DNA of 63,971 nt, counting the filler, from Reticulomyxa filosa (lineage: Eukaryota > Protista > Foraminifera), in the NCBI GenBank assembly GCA_000512085.1. It is 22 parts of 22 records of this genome, joined end to end, with 100 filler letters (N's around TTAATTAATTAA, not from the genome) between each part and the next. Parts side by side here need not be neighbours in the genome. Positions count along the whole stretch, not along the records: positions 11,772 to 15,589 come from ASPP01008873.1; positions 15,690 to 18,200 come from ASPP01028352.1; positions 18,301 to 19,554 come from ASPP01029540.1; positions 19,655 to 20,748 come from ASPP01001802.1; positions 20,849 to 35,056 come from ASPP01003623.1; 17 more parts are not named here. The stretch is one strand, 5' to 3'. Position numbers and translations under genes: made by a program. This document shows positions 12,927 through 26,300 of the stretch, in pieces (the stretch's first letter is position 1; each line of letters begins with the position of its first letter). The notes under the pieces are model-generated. The model saw only the letters and a list, made by a program, of their open reading frames with translations. It had not been told where the DNA came from and searched no databases.

Positions 12927-15219
12927 AACAAAGCAATTCATTAGTTTTTTTTTATTTATTTTTTGTCTTGCTTTCTTTTGCGTGCTTTTTGTTTGTTTGA
13001 ATGTCGTCTCTTCAAACAAGCAATAACAAACAATCCATAAATAATTTTGTACACCATTCCCTCAAATGTGTTAAGTTGCAATTTTTTGCTAGTTTTTGTA
13101 GTTCATTGATTTCAAACCATTTGTAGAAATTTGGTTTCGCATTGATTCCATTTTTGGAATAACTCTCAATTTGCAACACTGATGTCTCCAGTGTCATGGC
13201 TACAAAAAAAAAAAGTAATATACTATCCTTTTTTTCCTTTCGAGTTTTATTTTTGATGTATAAACGCAAAAAATTATACAAATTTACATTTGAGAAAAAT
13301 TTCTTCATATTGCTTTGTCCTTTGGTTCTGCATCAGTAAAATCAAGAAGAAGTAAAATTAATTGATGACAAGTAAATCAACATTAATATTATACACTTTT
13401 TCCATTGACCGTGATATCATACAAGCATCCTTTTTGGTGTTTTCCCCTCATAACATACTTTTTTTTAGTTTAAAAGCATTACATACAAACTTTTGTGTTT
13501 ATAATTTATTCGACTTGTGCAGCTTATACACCAAGTTTTTGTATTGTTTATTGCTATTTTTGTGGATTTTTGTCAATTTTTTCACATTCTAATTGGTAAA
13601 TGTACATTTTAAATTAATTTTGCTTTCATCAGAAAAAAGTATTTTTTTCCAATTATAGACTGTCAATTCATTGTACTTTTTTGCAATAATTTAGTCATTT
13701 AAAAAAATAAAAATATCAAATATAGAACTACACTGAACTAAAAAAATAAATGACAAAATATTAAAATAATTATGATATATTTAATAAAAAACTAAAATGA
13801 TATATAAAAATTACATTGTTAGAATATATAAAGAGGTTGTTTTTTCATGAAGATATATATAATGTGCTGTTTTATTTGTCAAATTTACTTTGCATTATAC
13901 ATAACTTGTATTTGTCAAAAACTGCTATATCTAATTCATAGTTAGTCGCATTAACGCACAAATAAGTGACAATGTAATTCATATTTTCTCAAATTATATA
14001 AAATAACTCAATATCAAATTTACTTAAAAAGGTAATAATTATTTAACAGTTTTAGTCAAATTGTGCAAACGTAGACTACGACAATGACGTTATAATATCG
14101 AAAGTATACAAAATAACATTATTATATGAATCGTTTACAGCACTTGATCTAAATTCAATATCAATTGCTTATCATTTCAAAGGAATTTTGCATTGATAAA
14201 TTATTGTGCTCAAGAAATCAATTTATCGATAAACATTACAAACGTCCGGAATAACTTTCAACTGTTGTATTTTGTATATGTTAAATTGTCACGAATGTAA
14301 GTCACTTAAAATTAATTGTCATCATTCTAATATTTTTAAAACAAAGATAAACACATAAAAGGTATTGTGATATAAAACAACTTAGACAACATAACAGTGA
14401 TATACAAAGGATTTGTTGAATGTTCATGATTTCAATCACATAAACATAAAATGACTTTGATAAATTGTTGTCCGATTCTGTTTTCATCAGCTACATATTT
14501 ATCAGAATTTCGATACTAGTATAATGATCCAACTGGATAGTCAATACAACGTATAATATTTGTCGTTCCAAATTACATTTCGAAATATTGTGCTGTAATT
14601 GTCGTTCAGTTGATCATATCCTTTTTCAAAGCACGTATTTAGCGAAAACTCACAATGTACATATTTTTTTAGGGAGACCACTAGCTGACCTAGTTCAATG
14701 GAATTTTTTCTTGGCGCAGACTGTGTAAATGCGAGTTTAGAATTTTGATCTTGTTGTTGTCTTTAAAATTTGCACTTTTTTGAAGAACAATTCTCTACAT
14801 GAACTATAACATAAATTAATACTACGAATAAGATGGTTATTTTTTTGTTTCCTTTCAGTTGTAAAAATTTAAGCAGGATAATGTTATGGCATAGCTTGGT
14901 GGCAATGACAAATTAATTTTGACAAGCTTTCCTTTAGCATTACTGCTTACATTTTCTTTTTTTGATTTGAACAAACAAATTTCGAAAAAGCAAAAGGGGA
15001 TATCAACATGTCGAACGAATTTTTTTTTTAGTAGCAATCGCTAAATGTTCGCGCATTGAATAACATCATTCATTTGCAAATAGTCTTATGGCGCGACAGC
15101 ACACAGAAAAGCTCCATGAGCGAACACATCGTTCAGCTTATCAAATGAACAAACAACAAAAAAAACTGACCAGTAAACGAATTACAACTTTAAAAAAAAA
15201 ACAAAAAAAAAAAACAAAA

Positions 15220-15540
15220 GCGTACGCGTCTGGGAAGGACTGGAACAACGGATGTTTAGATCGTTACTACATAAACGACGCTCATGCAGTGAGTTACGCA
15301 CTGAATGCGGCAGTGGGGCATTCAAAATCAGCAATGCACCGAAAGCAATGGGACAATGTATGCAAAACGCATTTGATTCCAAACGGCTATCTAACAGCAG
15401 AAAATGAGAAAGAAGTGTGGAATTTGTTAGCGCAAAAGCATCAAGAGCTGCAATTTTCTGCGTTAGTGAGAGTGTGTAGCCAATTTAAGACCCCTTCGGA
15501 CATGCCACTATCATTAAAGAATTTTTTCATAAAGATGACA
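15220..15540 (+). CDS. Exon of a hypothetical protein (partial)
   Basis: Protein-like frame AYASGKDWNNGCLDRYYINDAHAVSY...FFIKMT, between a poly-A/AG acceptor and a GT donor. Confidence 0.45.
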
Positions 15541-15689
15541 GTTCAACTTTTTTTTTTAAAAAAAAAGGGTTTTTTTTTTTTTTTTTTTTNNNNNNNNNNN
15601 NNNNNNNNNNNNNNNNNNNNNNNNNNNNNNNNNTTAATTAATTAANNNNNNNNNNNNNNNNNNNNNNNNNNNNNNNNNNNNNNNNNNNN

Positions 15690-16351
15690 TTTTCCTTTTC
15701 CTTTTCCTTTTCCTTTTCCTTTTCTTGCTCTTTTTCATTTCCTTTGTTCTTATCCTTATCTTTATCTGCTTCTTCCTCTCTCGGATGCAATTGACTCATT
15801 CTCCACACTTGGAATCTTCTCACATGATTGACTGAAATCTTGGTTTTGATTTGCAAAGGACAAGTCTCCTTCATTGGCATATCGAAATCATAAGCCTTAA
15901 AAATTCCACTTATCCCCCCAATTCGAATCCCTCCAAATCGGATCACTCCACTTTTCCCCAAATAGTAAATGTTCGGTGCTAACCATCCTCCATTGTATAG
16001 CTCCATATTGTGATTACTTGCTTCATGATTCCCTCCGATTACTATCATCAATCTTTTCATTTTTTTTTGCCCGTTGTAATATTTCTTAAAATCACCTTCT
16101 TTCATATACTTGCGAGGACATGACAAGCTGCTTAAATCATATCCATTACGCACTGCCTGTTGTGTTATATTATTGTTTGTCCTTGCATAATTCCTTTTTA
16201 TTTTCTTTCTCTACGTTTTCTCCATCACCTGAAAGTCTCCACAACATATGATTATGTCGATCTCACATTTCTCGTTTTTCTCGTACTTTTCCACTTCTTC
16301 AAGTATCTTTTCCAGCTCTCCATGTGCACAACCTACCACTGCCAACTTATA
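15690..16351 (-). CDS. DBR1: RNA lariat debranching enzyme (metallophosphoesterase), N-terminal part
   Basis: Exon ~16351-16229 gives LAVVGCAHGELEKI...DIIICCGDFQ. A 72-nt GT-AG intron follows (16228-16157). The next exon gives AVRNGYDL...IGGNHEASNH.MELYNGGWLAPNIYYLG.SGVIRFGGIRIGGISGIFK, all diagnostic DBR1 motifs. The start codon is unresolved. Confidence 0.95.
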
Positions 16352-16774
16352 AATTGCAATACACGCACAGATGTTTTTTTCTTTCTCTTCAAAGGCCTTG
16401 GCTCATATATATATATATATATTACATACTCTCATTCTTGCAAAAAGGGTCTTTCCTTCTAAGCTTTTCTCTTATCACTCAACGTGCTGATCCTTTTGCC
16501 TGTTTAACTGTTTCTTTTTTAGGCCTTTGAGTTCTATGTATTTTCGTCTTTTTTTGACGACCCAGTTACTCTGACGTTTGCCGTTACCGGTCTAACCTTT
16601 AAGTTGCTAGTATAATTTACAACTACGAAGTGAAAAAAAAGAGCATTCAAAGCAAAAAATAATTGATAAAAGTACGTTTATAATGACAAAAAAAGGTCGA
16701 GTTTAGCATCGTGTAAGGTGTGTCACCGAGACAGGACAAGAACGTTGGGGAGGGCAGAAAAAAACTCAGCTGTC

Positions 16775-18200
16775 ATGATGTCCAATCCAGCTGCGGCCGA
16801 TTTCATTTCACTTGAAGGAATTTCTTCAAAAAATATTTTTAAAGTGGAAAATGTTTCTCCAGATGAAACGTCAGGAGTGATCGAAGAGCACGGGTATTAT
16901 TTTTTAGTAAAAGAGCGGAAGCGTCGCACAGCCTGGCACATAAGCAAAGACGCGAAGCGAAACATATCTAAAATCTTGACACAAAAAGCAGAAGAAGCAG
17001 TGCATGTTCGTGAAAAAGAATCTTTTTGCGTTTTTTTTTTTTTTTTTTTTGGAAAGATGAGTGTATAATGTATTTAAGAAGTAATAAAAGAAAGAAAGAA
17101 AGAAAAAAATGGACGCATAACAACAACAACAACAACAACAAAAATGGCATATGTGCGGAACAAAGGCGAATGAAGCCGAAAGAGCGCAAGAGTTGCTAAA
17201 CAGTGCACTGCGTTACGACGACGGGAATGTGAATGGACTGAATTTGTATGGGAAATTATTATGTGCAGCGAGTCTGTACGACGAAGCATTGCACTTGTAT
17301 GCGCGCTGTTTGAGCGTCGATCCGACAAATTTGGAAGCATTGATAAGTCGAGCAATGATTTATTGTCGTCATGACAATGAAAGTCAAACTACTCCAAAAT
17401 ATTACGAAGCGGAATGGCATTTCAAATTGGCATATCGATTCCACCATAACAATGTGTACAATACTATACACATATAACCACACATATATATATATATATA
17501 TGTATATACATATATGTATACGTAAATATATATATATGTTTATATGTTATATGTAATAAACTGACACTTTTTTTTTTTCCTATCAATGCACCAAGCATAA
17601 CGTATACTGAACACGAAAACTGACTACAAAAAAAAATAGGTGTTGGTGTTGAGCATGTATGCAAATTTTTTGAGTGACATTCGCAGAGACAAATATTTGG
17701 CGGACAAATACTACAAAAAAGCTCTAGAGCGAATGGAGCTTGAATCGGGGTCGTTGACGACTCATTTGACGGCGGCCAAAGAAAAGGCAGCTTCGGTGCC
17801 TCCTTCGCAATTGCCAACACAAGTGCAAGGACAGGTGCAAGGACAAGTGCAAGTACAAGGACAAGGACAAGTGCAACCGCAAATACAACCAATGCCGCCG
17901 CTACAACCAATCACTCGCGCTTATTCTAATAACAGCATTGCTTCCAAATCATCTTTTGTGTTTGGTTCAAATGGTGAACCTATCAATCACTCCGCGACAA
18001 TCTTTATCAATACGAATGGCAATAACAACAATAATGAACTGAATCACGCGAATTCAAATGCAAAGATAAGAGGGGACAATACGACAGCGCTTCGGTTCAA
18101 TGGACGAGATCAATCGCCTCGTGACAACAAATCGACGAAAGAGAAGAACAGCCATGTTAACATAAGTACATCTGCCAGGTATGGTCACACTCAAATACAT
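16775..18200 (+). CDS. TPR-repeat protein (partial, multi-exon)
   Basis: TPR consensus in LYGKLL..ASLYDEALHLYARCLSVDPTNLEAL, YYEAEWHFKLAYRFHHNN and YANFLSDIRRDKYLADKYYKKAL. A QG/QV-rich tail follows. Confidence 0.8.
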
Positions 18201-18300
18201 NNNNNNNNNNNNNNNNNNNNNNNNNNNNNNNNNNNNNNNNNNNNTTAATTAATTAANNNNNNNNNNNNNNNNNNNNNNNNNNNNNNNNNNNNNNNNNNNN

Positions 18301-19480
18301 TTCTTCGTCTTCGTATGCTTCTTCTTGGCTATCCTCTTCATAGCTTTCTCAACATCTTCAGATTCACTGACAGTTCTCGTGCAGACATGATAGTTTGCAC
18401 CAATCGTTTCCAATCTATCAAATAGCAAATAGAACACACACACGTATATATGTATATACATGTAATAGATCTTTGATATACCTTGCTCGGAAGAAAAACG
18501 GACACAAGCACGACGATTGTCATCAAGAAGCCATTTTATATCCATTGAAGTGGTTATATCAACACTTTCCAATGGCACTGTAATATGAAAATAGTGTATT
18601 ATATATCATTTGCATCTATGTAAACTTAAATCTTTTTTTCGATATATGTTTAAACACACCATATGTATTGAAAAGATATTGTTGCTTTTTCTTTTCTTTG
18701 AACATCAGCCGATACTTGTGAAGGGGTTCATCCAGCACCAATGACAATGAACCTTTGCCAGAGGAAGTCCATTTGCTATGCATACCAATCAACAGCTCCA
18801 CTGAATCACCGGAATTGAAAAGAGTTTTTATTTCGATGGCATGTTTTGTGTTGGCAAATTCGGTTTTCTTTTCGTCGTCTTGTCCTTGTTTTTGTTCCTT
18901 ATTTCCTGTCTCATGTTCCACATTGGTTTTTATGATTGGTTTCTGTGCGATCAAGTTATCTGTACATTTTTTTTCCAATAGATCGATTCGTTTGTAACAA
19001 TTTTTGAAGCGATGGCCAACAAGTTACAGGAAGACACAAAAAGAGAGAGAGAGAAAGTCAAATATCCCTAAAAAGATGCTTGTTTGTGGGATCGAAACTT
19101 GTCGATTGTGGTGCTGTAGCTTGATTTTTTAATAAAGAGGAAGGTGAAGAAAATGAGGATGAGGATGAGGATGAAGAAGAGGAAGAGGGTTGTTTGTCGT
19201 CCGCTTGTTTTGATTCAGCAAGCAAAGGACCTGAAGCAGAAGGGACGAATTTGGATGTGTCTACAGAGCCACGAGGGAATTGAGAAGAAGAAGAAGAAGC
19301 AACAGCGGCAGTCTGTGGATGATTGTTGATGGCAGAGACGCCTTGTTGCCCCTGAAAAGCATGAGCAGCATTTATTGCATTCCATTCAAATAACGCATTC
19401 TTTGGAAAGATGCTATGTAAGATTTTTTCCAATTGATTGGCTCTGGCTTCACTTTTCAGTAGTTCTTGTTTCTGAGAACA
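18301..19480 (-). CDS. Hypothetical multi-exon protein with a possible RanBP1-type (PH-fold) domain
   Basis: ORFs 19058..19519, 18616..18978 and 18249..18578. The pattern KW...GKG.L.L......KYRL.F.......LFN resembles a Ran-binding domain. Confidence 0.4.
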
Positions 19481-19516
19481 CGCCCAATCAAAAATACGTG
19501 TGTATATATAAATAGA

Positions 19517-19554
<38 letters not shown>

Positions 19555-19654
19555 NNNNNNNNNNNNNNNNNNNNNNNNNNNNNNNNNNNNNNNNNNNNTT
19601 AATTAATTAANNNNNNNNNNNNNNNNNNNNNNNNNNNNNNNNNNNNNNNNNNNN

Positions 19655-20350
19655 GTCAGTCAACCAAAAAGACCAATAAAGAAACCATTCAGTATGCCAG
19701 TCAGTGGTATTTATAATATCAAAGGATTGGGTGATATGATTACTAGACGTATTGAACAATGAACAATTACTACTGGTATCCCTGTTCTTTTTTATCCAAC
19801 GAACGCAACTGACAAAGCATTTTCCATTGAAATGAATCACAAAACAGTCGACAAAGCCAAAGCTGGCGGTGTAAACGTGAAAAACTTAAAAAAGGAAAAT
19901 ATACCACAAACTGGTGATGTGGTGTGCATTGATGACCCTGCTGTAGATCCTAACCCACCAAAACAAGCAACCAAATTTACCGCTTTTGTATTTGTTCAAG
20001 ATCATCCAGAACAATTGAAAGAATCAACTAATGACGAAAAAGGCAACTATAAAGGAGGATTTACCCCATAGACTCATGTCCGAACTGATAAAACTCCTTG
20101 TCAAATGTTGGAAATCAAATGTAAAATGGGAAAAGCAACAAACAACGCAAAAGTTGATAGTGCCACTTTAATTGATGCCAGTGGTCAAGCTGAAGTCCTA
20201 TTTGCTCCAAAAATGCATTAGTCTTGATATCACTTAATGAATGCAAACCATTATTTATGTCTAAAAATAAAAATAGTTTTTCATATAATAATTTATATTG
20301 TTTTGTATATGACAAATAGTAGCCATTGAATCGAATAAATGCGCGTATAC
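19655..20350 (+). pseudogene. EFL: Elongation factor-like (EFL) GTPase pseudogene, domains II-III
   Basis: One frame from 19655 reads PKRPIKKPFSMPVSGIYNIKGLGDMITRRIEQ*...AFSIEMNHKTV...VQDHPEQLK...GGFTP*THVRT.K.PCQMLEIK.KMGK.TNNAKV...QAEVLFAPKM. These are EFL-type rather than EF-1alpha-type motifs. In-frame stops at 19760 and 20069, and a deletion in the GDNVG motif. Confidence 0.85.
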
Positions 20351-21559
20351 TAGCACGAATAATGAAAAAAAAACAAATAAAGGCAAGATGAAAAAACGTA
20401 AATTCAAAGAAATGATTAATGATGAAATGAAAGTTCCAAAAGATGAAATAATTGAAAAAATATCAAATATCAATAAAAGAGTATGTATATATATTTTTAA
20501 AAAAAAAACCCACGTGGTGTATGAGTGGCGGAGGCACATTAGCTATGGGAGGAGCATGATGTAATATGGCGCAATATCTTATTAGCGCTGTTACAACTAT
20601 GCTCTGTTTTAGCTACATGCGCTGTTACTACTAATACAATATATATATCTACTTACATTTTTTGTAAAGTTTTTTTTTAATATAGGTTATCAAAAAGGCA
20701 ATAAGATATTGGGATTTTCCAACATTTAATATCGTCAAGAATTTAATGNNNNNNNNNNNNNNNNNNNNNNNNNNNNNNNNNNNNNNNNNNNNTTAATTAA
20801 TTAANNNNNNNNNNNNNNNNNNNNNNNNNNNNNNNNNNNNNNNNNNNNCTATTTTCCTCACTGTTTATATTCAAGTTTTGAGCGTTACCAACAAAACTCA
20901 GTGCAACGACGACTGTGAGCAAAATTATGCACATTCCAACAAAAATGCCCAAAGTGTTTCATAATGCCTGGACAGATCTTAATAGAAATTTTTAAAACAA
21001 CCCAGCCGGGGAGTGGTTGACCAACTTACGAACCTTTGACGAAAAGTGGTATAGATGTTAGAAAGTTCAATTGTTGTAAGATTTTTCGATTTAGATTGTT
21101 GTGCGACTGAATTTAATTGTAGAAAAGTTGGTTTATTATCTTTCTAATAAAAAATGTCGCTGAATTTATTGGTTTTTTTCACTTTATAACAGCAAAGCTT
21201 TTTTTTATTTTTGTTTAAGCAAATTTTTTTAAAAGACTATTGTGATAAGTGTATTGGCTGAAAAACAGTCACGCACACAGACAATATTTCCAATCACCAT
21301 GAGGTGGCTTTGTTGTTCAAGCTATTTTTCTTTTTTTCTGCGTTGTGCTTTTTTTGTGTCAGTTTGCTTTCTTCGATACATATGCAACAGCGGAATCATT
21401 TTCATTAGCCTTTCGACCTCCAAATTTGTTAATTGCTGCCAAGGAATATTTCTTGATCCTATTTTGTTTGAGAAAGAATTGTGAATAGAGCAATGTTAGT
21501 TAAATTTTCAAAGATATATAAATAAGATTTTCTTAACTGTGAACAAAAGAAAAATTTGG

Positions 21560-23350
21560 TTGTCGCTGTTTCTCCATATAGTGGAATCACCAGTCCAAGC
21601 CCGCAGACGATCAGTCAAAGTTACTGACATCAGTTGAGTACTGTCATCGACAATAATCATGTGCTCTGGTGGACAAGATTTGAGATATAAACATATCTTT
21701 TCCGATTTGGTATTTATTGATATAATAACCCAACAACTTTTGGAATGTAACGATCCTTTGTTTTCGTGACAATAACGTGAACATAAGGAGTTTTTGTCTT
21801 CTCGACCCTGATCGGTTTCGCGCGATCGTTGTCTTCGCCAGATGAGTGAAGATGAACCATCAACATTTCCACTTCAAAAGGCTATCCGCGACATCCTCAT
21901 TTTGTGTTGTCCTCCAAGAAATTGGCCAGAATTTTTTCCATGTGCAACACGAAGTGAATGAAGGCGTTTGCGTCGTTGCATTCCGACAGATGTACTGGAC
22001 TTAACTGGCATTTACTTAAACTCTAACGATAGGGTCATCGTCCTTAACATGCTGCCGCACTTCAACCTTCAAGGAATTTGGTTGGATATTGAACACGACC
22101 TTTTTTATCGTATAAATTTTATTATTATTACATTAGCATATATACACACATACAAGTTTGTCATCAAATTAGAACCAATCAAACCATTCTTGTCAACACA
22201 AATAATATCAATTCTACAATACAAAACTGTCAGCTTTTTCTTCAGCTTGATTAGGATTGGCCTTGTTGAATGGAGTCTTTTGCATTTGGAGATATATGCA
22301 AAATTGCGGAACAAAACAATGGACCGAATTTGACCGCCTGCATCCACCATAGTACTGCGGTCTTCACGCCCTCGCACACACGCATGATACAACATGATCT
22401 TGGCACAAGGAAGCATTGCATGCTTTTGTCGGATGACACTTTTGGGCACATTTGTGGCAACAAGGCAGCAAGCCACATTTGCTACTGGCCTTCACTGGCC
22501 ATTGCGTATGCTTCAAGTCGTTTACACGTGCCAACGCTAATGCCACTCGGGCAACTGTGTCGACATGCAAGGCAGCAATTGTTCGCACGTATTTCCACAA
22601 GACAATGCTTTCGTCCAATAAGGGATATTGTGTACTAATATGTTATAAGTTTTACAATGGATCGATACATGTTCTGTATATCTATTACAAGGACCTTATT
22701 TGCATCCTCACCCCCATTATACATTCAATGAATTTTTTTTAAAAAAATTTTCTAATTTGATAAAAAAAAAGGAAACATACCAAAGTGACAATATTCACTG
22801 TATCGATTGCTACAGTCTAACACTGATTCAGCGTCACGGTTCCACAAAGCATTGAGCAGTGAATGCGCGATGCAACAAGCATAGGACAGACCATCTCGGA
22901 GGGTAAATCCACACAACTGGCAAGGCCCACTGTAACAAAGACTAGAACAGTTATGACGACCACATGGCAATGGCTTGTTGCAGATCTCACCACACCGTTG
23001 TCATGGGAAAAACCGGCCCTTGTCACTGTTTTCAGGCACAAGTCTTTGCATTTGTGCATTCCACAGGTCACAATGCGATGACAATTGTCAATGACGTATC
23101 CGTTGTCATAAAAAATATCATCTCTTTAAAAAAGAAGCAAGAAACATTCGACGATTGCATATACTGCTTAGATGACCTTCATTTCGCTGCCGCAGCGACA
23201 TTGGTTATTGGCCGGAATTGCGCAAGGTTGAGACATGGCATCGCTAAGTACAACAATTCTCTCCGCACGTCAACATACTGTCGTAAGCGCTGCCACAAGT
23301 TGGTACGGGTCCATTCTTCAAAGAAGCGTCTGTCACTGCAAGTATTATGA
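21560..23350 (-). pseudogene. NF-X1-type zinc-finger protein pseudogene
   Basis: Fragmented Cys/His repeats in shifting frames: PTCGSAYDSMLTCGENCCT*RCH, TCGMHKCKDLC, PCGRHNCSSLCYSGPCQLC and CGLLPCCHKCAQKCHP. Confidence 0.7.
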
Positions 23351-23399
23351 ATGATAACAACGCATTGCGTTGTCAAAGTTGATGCTATCTGAAACATCC

Positions 23400-26300
23400 G
23401 CCCATGTTGCAACAATGTTTTCTTTCACCGTATTTCACCTTCAACACAATTGTCGAGTTTGGACTCACTAGGCAACGTTCAAATTTTCAAAATGCCAGTA
23501 ATTGGAATACACAACAGCATATGTGTTGTATCTTGAGGAATTAACAGCATATATGTTTGACCGATGTTCACAATCCGATACGAATGGTGGCATCAGCAAT
23601 GGAACAGTTAAATTGTCATAGTTGCACGATTGGTTAGAAATCGCTAATTGTGTTCACTCGCAGATAATCGTAGTTTGTCATAAGCAGATCATACTACGAT
23701 TATATATATATATTCAATCGACCATTCAGTGTGGTCAACTGAGTCATAAGCATCTTCACACATGCTATCCAAATACAAAGATTCATTGTTGTCACGTTCG
23801 GAATCATCGCTTGACGATTAATCTAATGATGATATATTTCCTCGCAAACATCGATGGCCAATATTGTATCGTTGATATCGTGAATTCCTTGCAATTCGTA
23901 TAATCCTTGCTCAAAGTTGTATGTCCTTTCAAAGCTAACCAAGTATTTACACTTGCCAGTAGTAACTTCGACTTCCCGACCCATCCTCGGTCTAATTCAG
24001 TTGTGAATCCATCATATCTTTGGCCATAAAGTCAATGCAAGTTAGTTGCAAGGAATTTGTAAAAATAATTTCTCCAATTACACTGGAACTTGGGTTAGTT
24101 GTTCAAACCGACTTCTCGCATACACACGACTTATTGGATATACGTACATCCTTGGAAGCTTTAAACAGTCGATATCTCCAATGTCCATTCAGCTTCATCC
24201 TTATTCCAGTGCATGCGGAAATGTGATGAGGATATTAGCAAATTGTAGCTGTTGGGCTTCCCGTTGTGCGAAGACTACTTGTTTGATCAGGTTGGTTTGC
24301 TTGTGGACTTTGTGTTGGTCTCGAAGAGGAGTTGAGCTGAATGTTGGACTATTGTTTGGGTGATGTTGTGAAATCTGTGGGATTGTTTGTTCGACTGTAT
24401 GTCGGACTATAAGTCGGGCTGTACGTAGGACTGAATGTGCGCTTATGTCGGACGTTGGTAGGAGAATTGGTTGAGCTTAGAGTTGGATTGTAATTCGTAG
24501 TATTTGTTGGACTTTCCGTCGGCTGATGTAGGACTATGTTGGCGAATGTTGGCGCATTTATTGGGCTGCCGTTGGTGCACTTACTGACTGTAAGCGGGAC
24601 TTTCCGTTGGATTATAATTCGGTTCGATGTCGGTGAATACGTCGGGCGTAGCGTTCGTTGGACTTGTTGGACTGTAAACATTGCATTTGTGGACTTGGTG
24701 TTGACTTTACGTTGATGTCCACTGCAAGAGGTGCGTTCGCTGGACTGAAAGTGGATGCATTCGTCGGGCTATATGTTGGATTGGCTGTTGGATAATGTTG
24801 GCGCATTTGTTGGTCTCTCCGTTGCGCTGTAGTGGTGCACCTGTTGGAATGAAGTTGGACAATAAATGGACTGCATGTTGGAGCATTGGTTGGATTTGGA
24901 GTCGACGTTTGTTGGACATAAGTTGCTCTCCGTTGGCCATACGTTGGAGCGTTTGTTGCGCTATCCTTGGGCTGATGTCGGACTGTCTGTTGTAGAATAA
25001 GTTGGCAGTATATGATAATGTGTTGGAAAATATTTGGACATTCGTTGGTGACTCCGTTGGAGCGGTTGGATTGTGCGTTGGGGCCAGTTGGTGAAAAAGG
25101 AAGTTCGACTCCCGTGGAAATGTAAGTTGGAAAGTCTGTCTATCGGGGAATATTGGCTGTTGGATAACACGTTGGAGCGCCAGCTGGTGAATACGTTGAG
25201 GTATAAGTCGGACTGTTTGTTGCAGCACCAGTTGGGGAATATGTTGGAATGTTAAAGCGCCGTTGGGAATAATTTGCTGTCCGTTGTCGAGTATGTGGTA
25301 CTCCGTTGGCAAAGCAGTCAGCGAGCGTTGCTGGATGTTATAATCCGTTAGAGAAAATGTTGGCGTTGGTAATAATTTGAAGCTATGTGGGGAATTAGTG
25401 AGAACGTTGGTGAGCGTTGATATCTCCGTTGGAATATCGTTGCAAATACGTTGGTAAAGTTGGTAGTATGTCGAGAAAATGCTAGTGCGTCCGTTGGTGG
25501 GTAGTACGGAAATATGTTGGTAACTGTTGACGAGTTAGTTGGTGACTCCGTTGGCACATTTGTTGATGAGTACGTTTGGCTGTATGTTGAACGCTCGTTG
25601 GTGATATGTTGGAATGTCGGGCGGTGTTAGGCGTCGTTGGCGAATACGTTAGTGAATATGTTAATGCAATTGCCAACAAATTATTCGCGCATTGATTAAG
25701 ACTCCGTTGGCGCTAAGTGGGACTGAGTTGGCGTTGGTGAATATGTTGGAGCCCCAGTTGAAAAGTTGGGAAAATGTTGGCGCCCCGTTGGCAAAAAAGT
25801 TGACTGCGTGTGTGCATTGGTCGTTGACTCCATTGGCGATTAGTGGGACTAAATGTCGGGCCTCGTTGGAAAATGAGTTGGCAAAATCAGCGATCCGTTG
25901 GAGTATTTGTTGGACCATAAGTCGGACTGTATGTTGGCGCATTAGTTGGATTTGGAAGCTGTTTGTTGAACAAAATCTGGCTCTCCGTTGGGCTTATGTC
26001 GCTTTGTCGGCTGTCTGTTGGAGGAAGTTGGAGCACCAGTTGGCGAGTGTGTTGGAGAATAGGTCAGGTCTCGTTGGCGATTGGGTCAGGAGTCAGTTGG
26101 AACACCAGCCGGGGATATGTCGGTGAGTACGTTGGAGCGCCGTTTGTGATCATTGATGAATGTTGGCAAGTTGGTTGGAGACGTTGGACTGTACGTTGGA
26201 GAGCCAGTTGGTGAATACGTTGGAGTCGCTGTTGGATTGTGTCTTAGTGCTTGTTGGAGCACCGTTTGGGGACATGTTGGACTGAATGTTTTAGCACCTG

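Noticed and set aside
3600-20350. Alternative genetic code suggested by in-frame stops
   Set aside because: TAA, TAG and TGA all occur, together with frameshifts and deletions, while intact genes have long stop-free frames. This is pseudogenisation.
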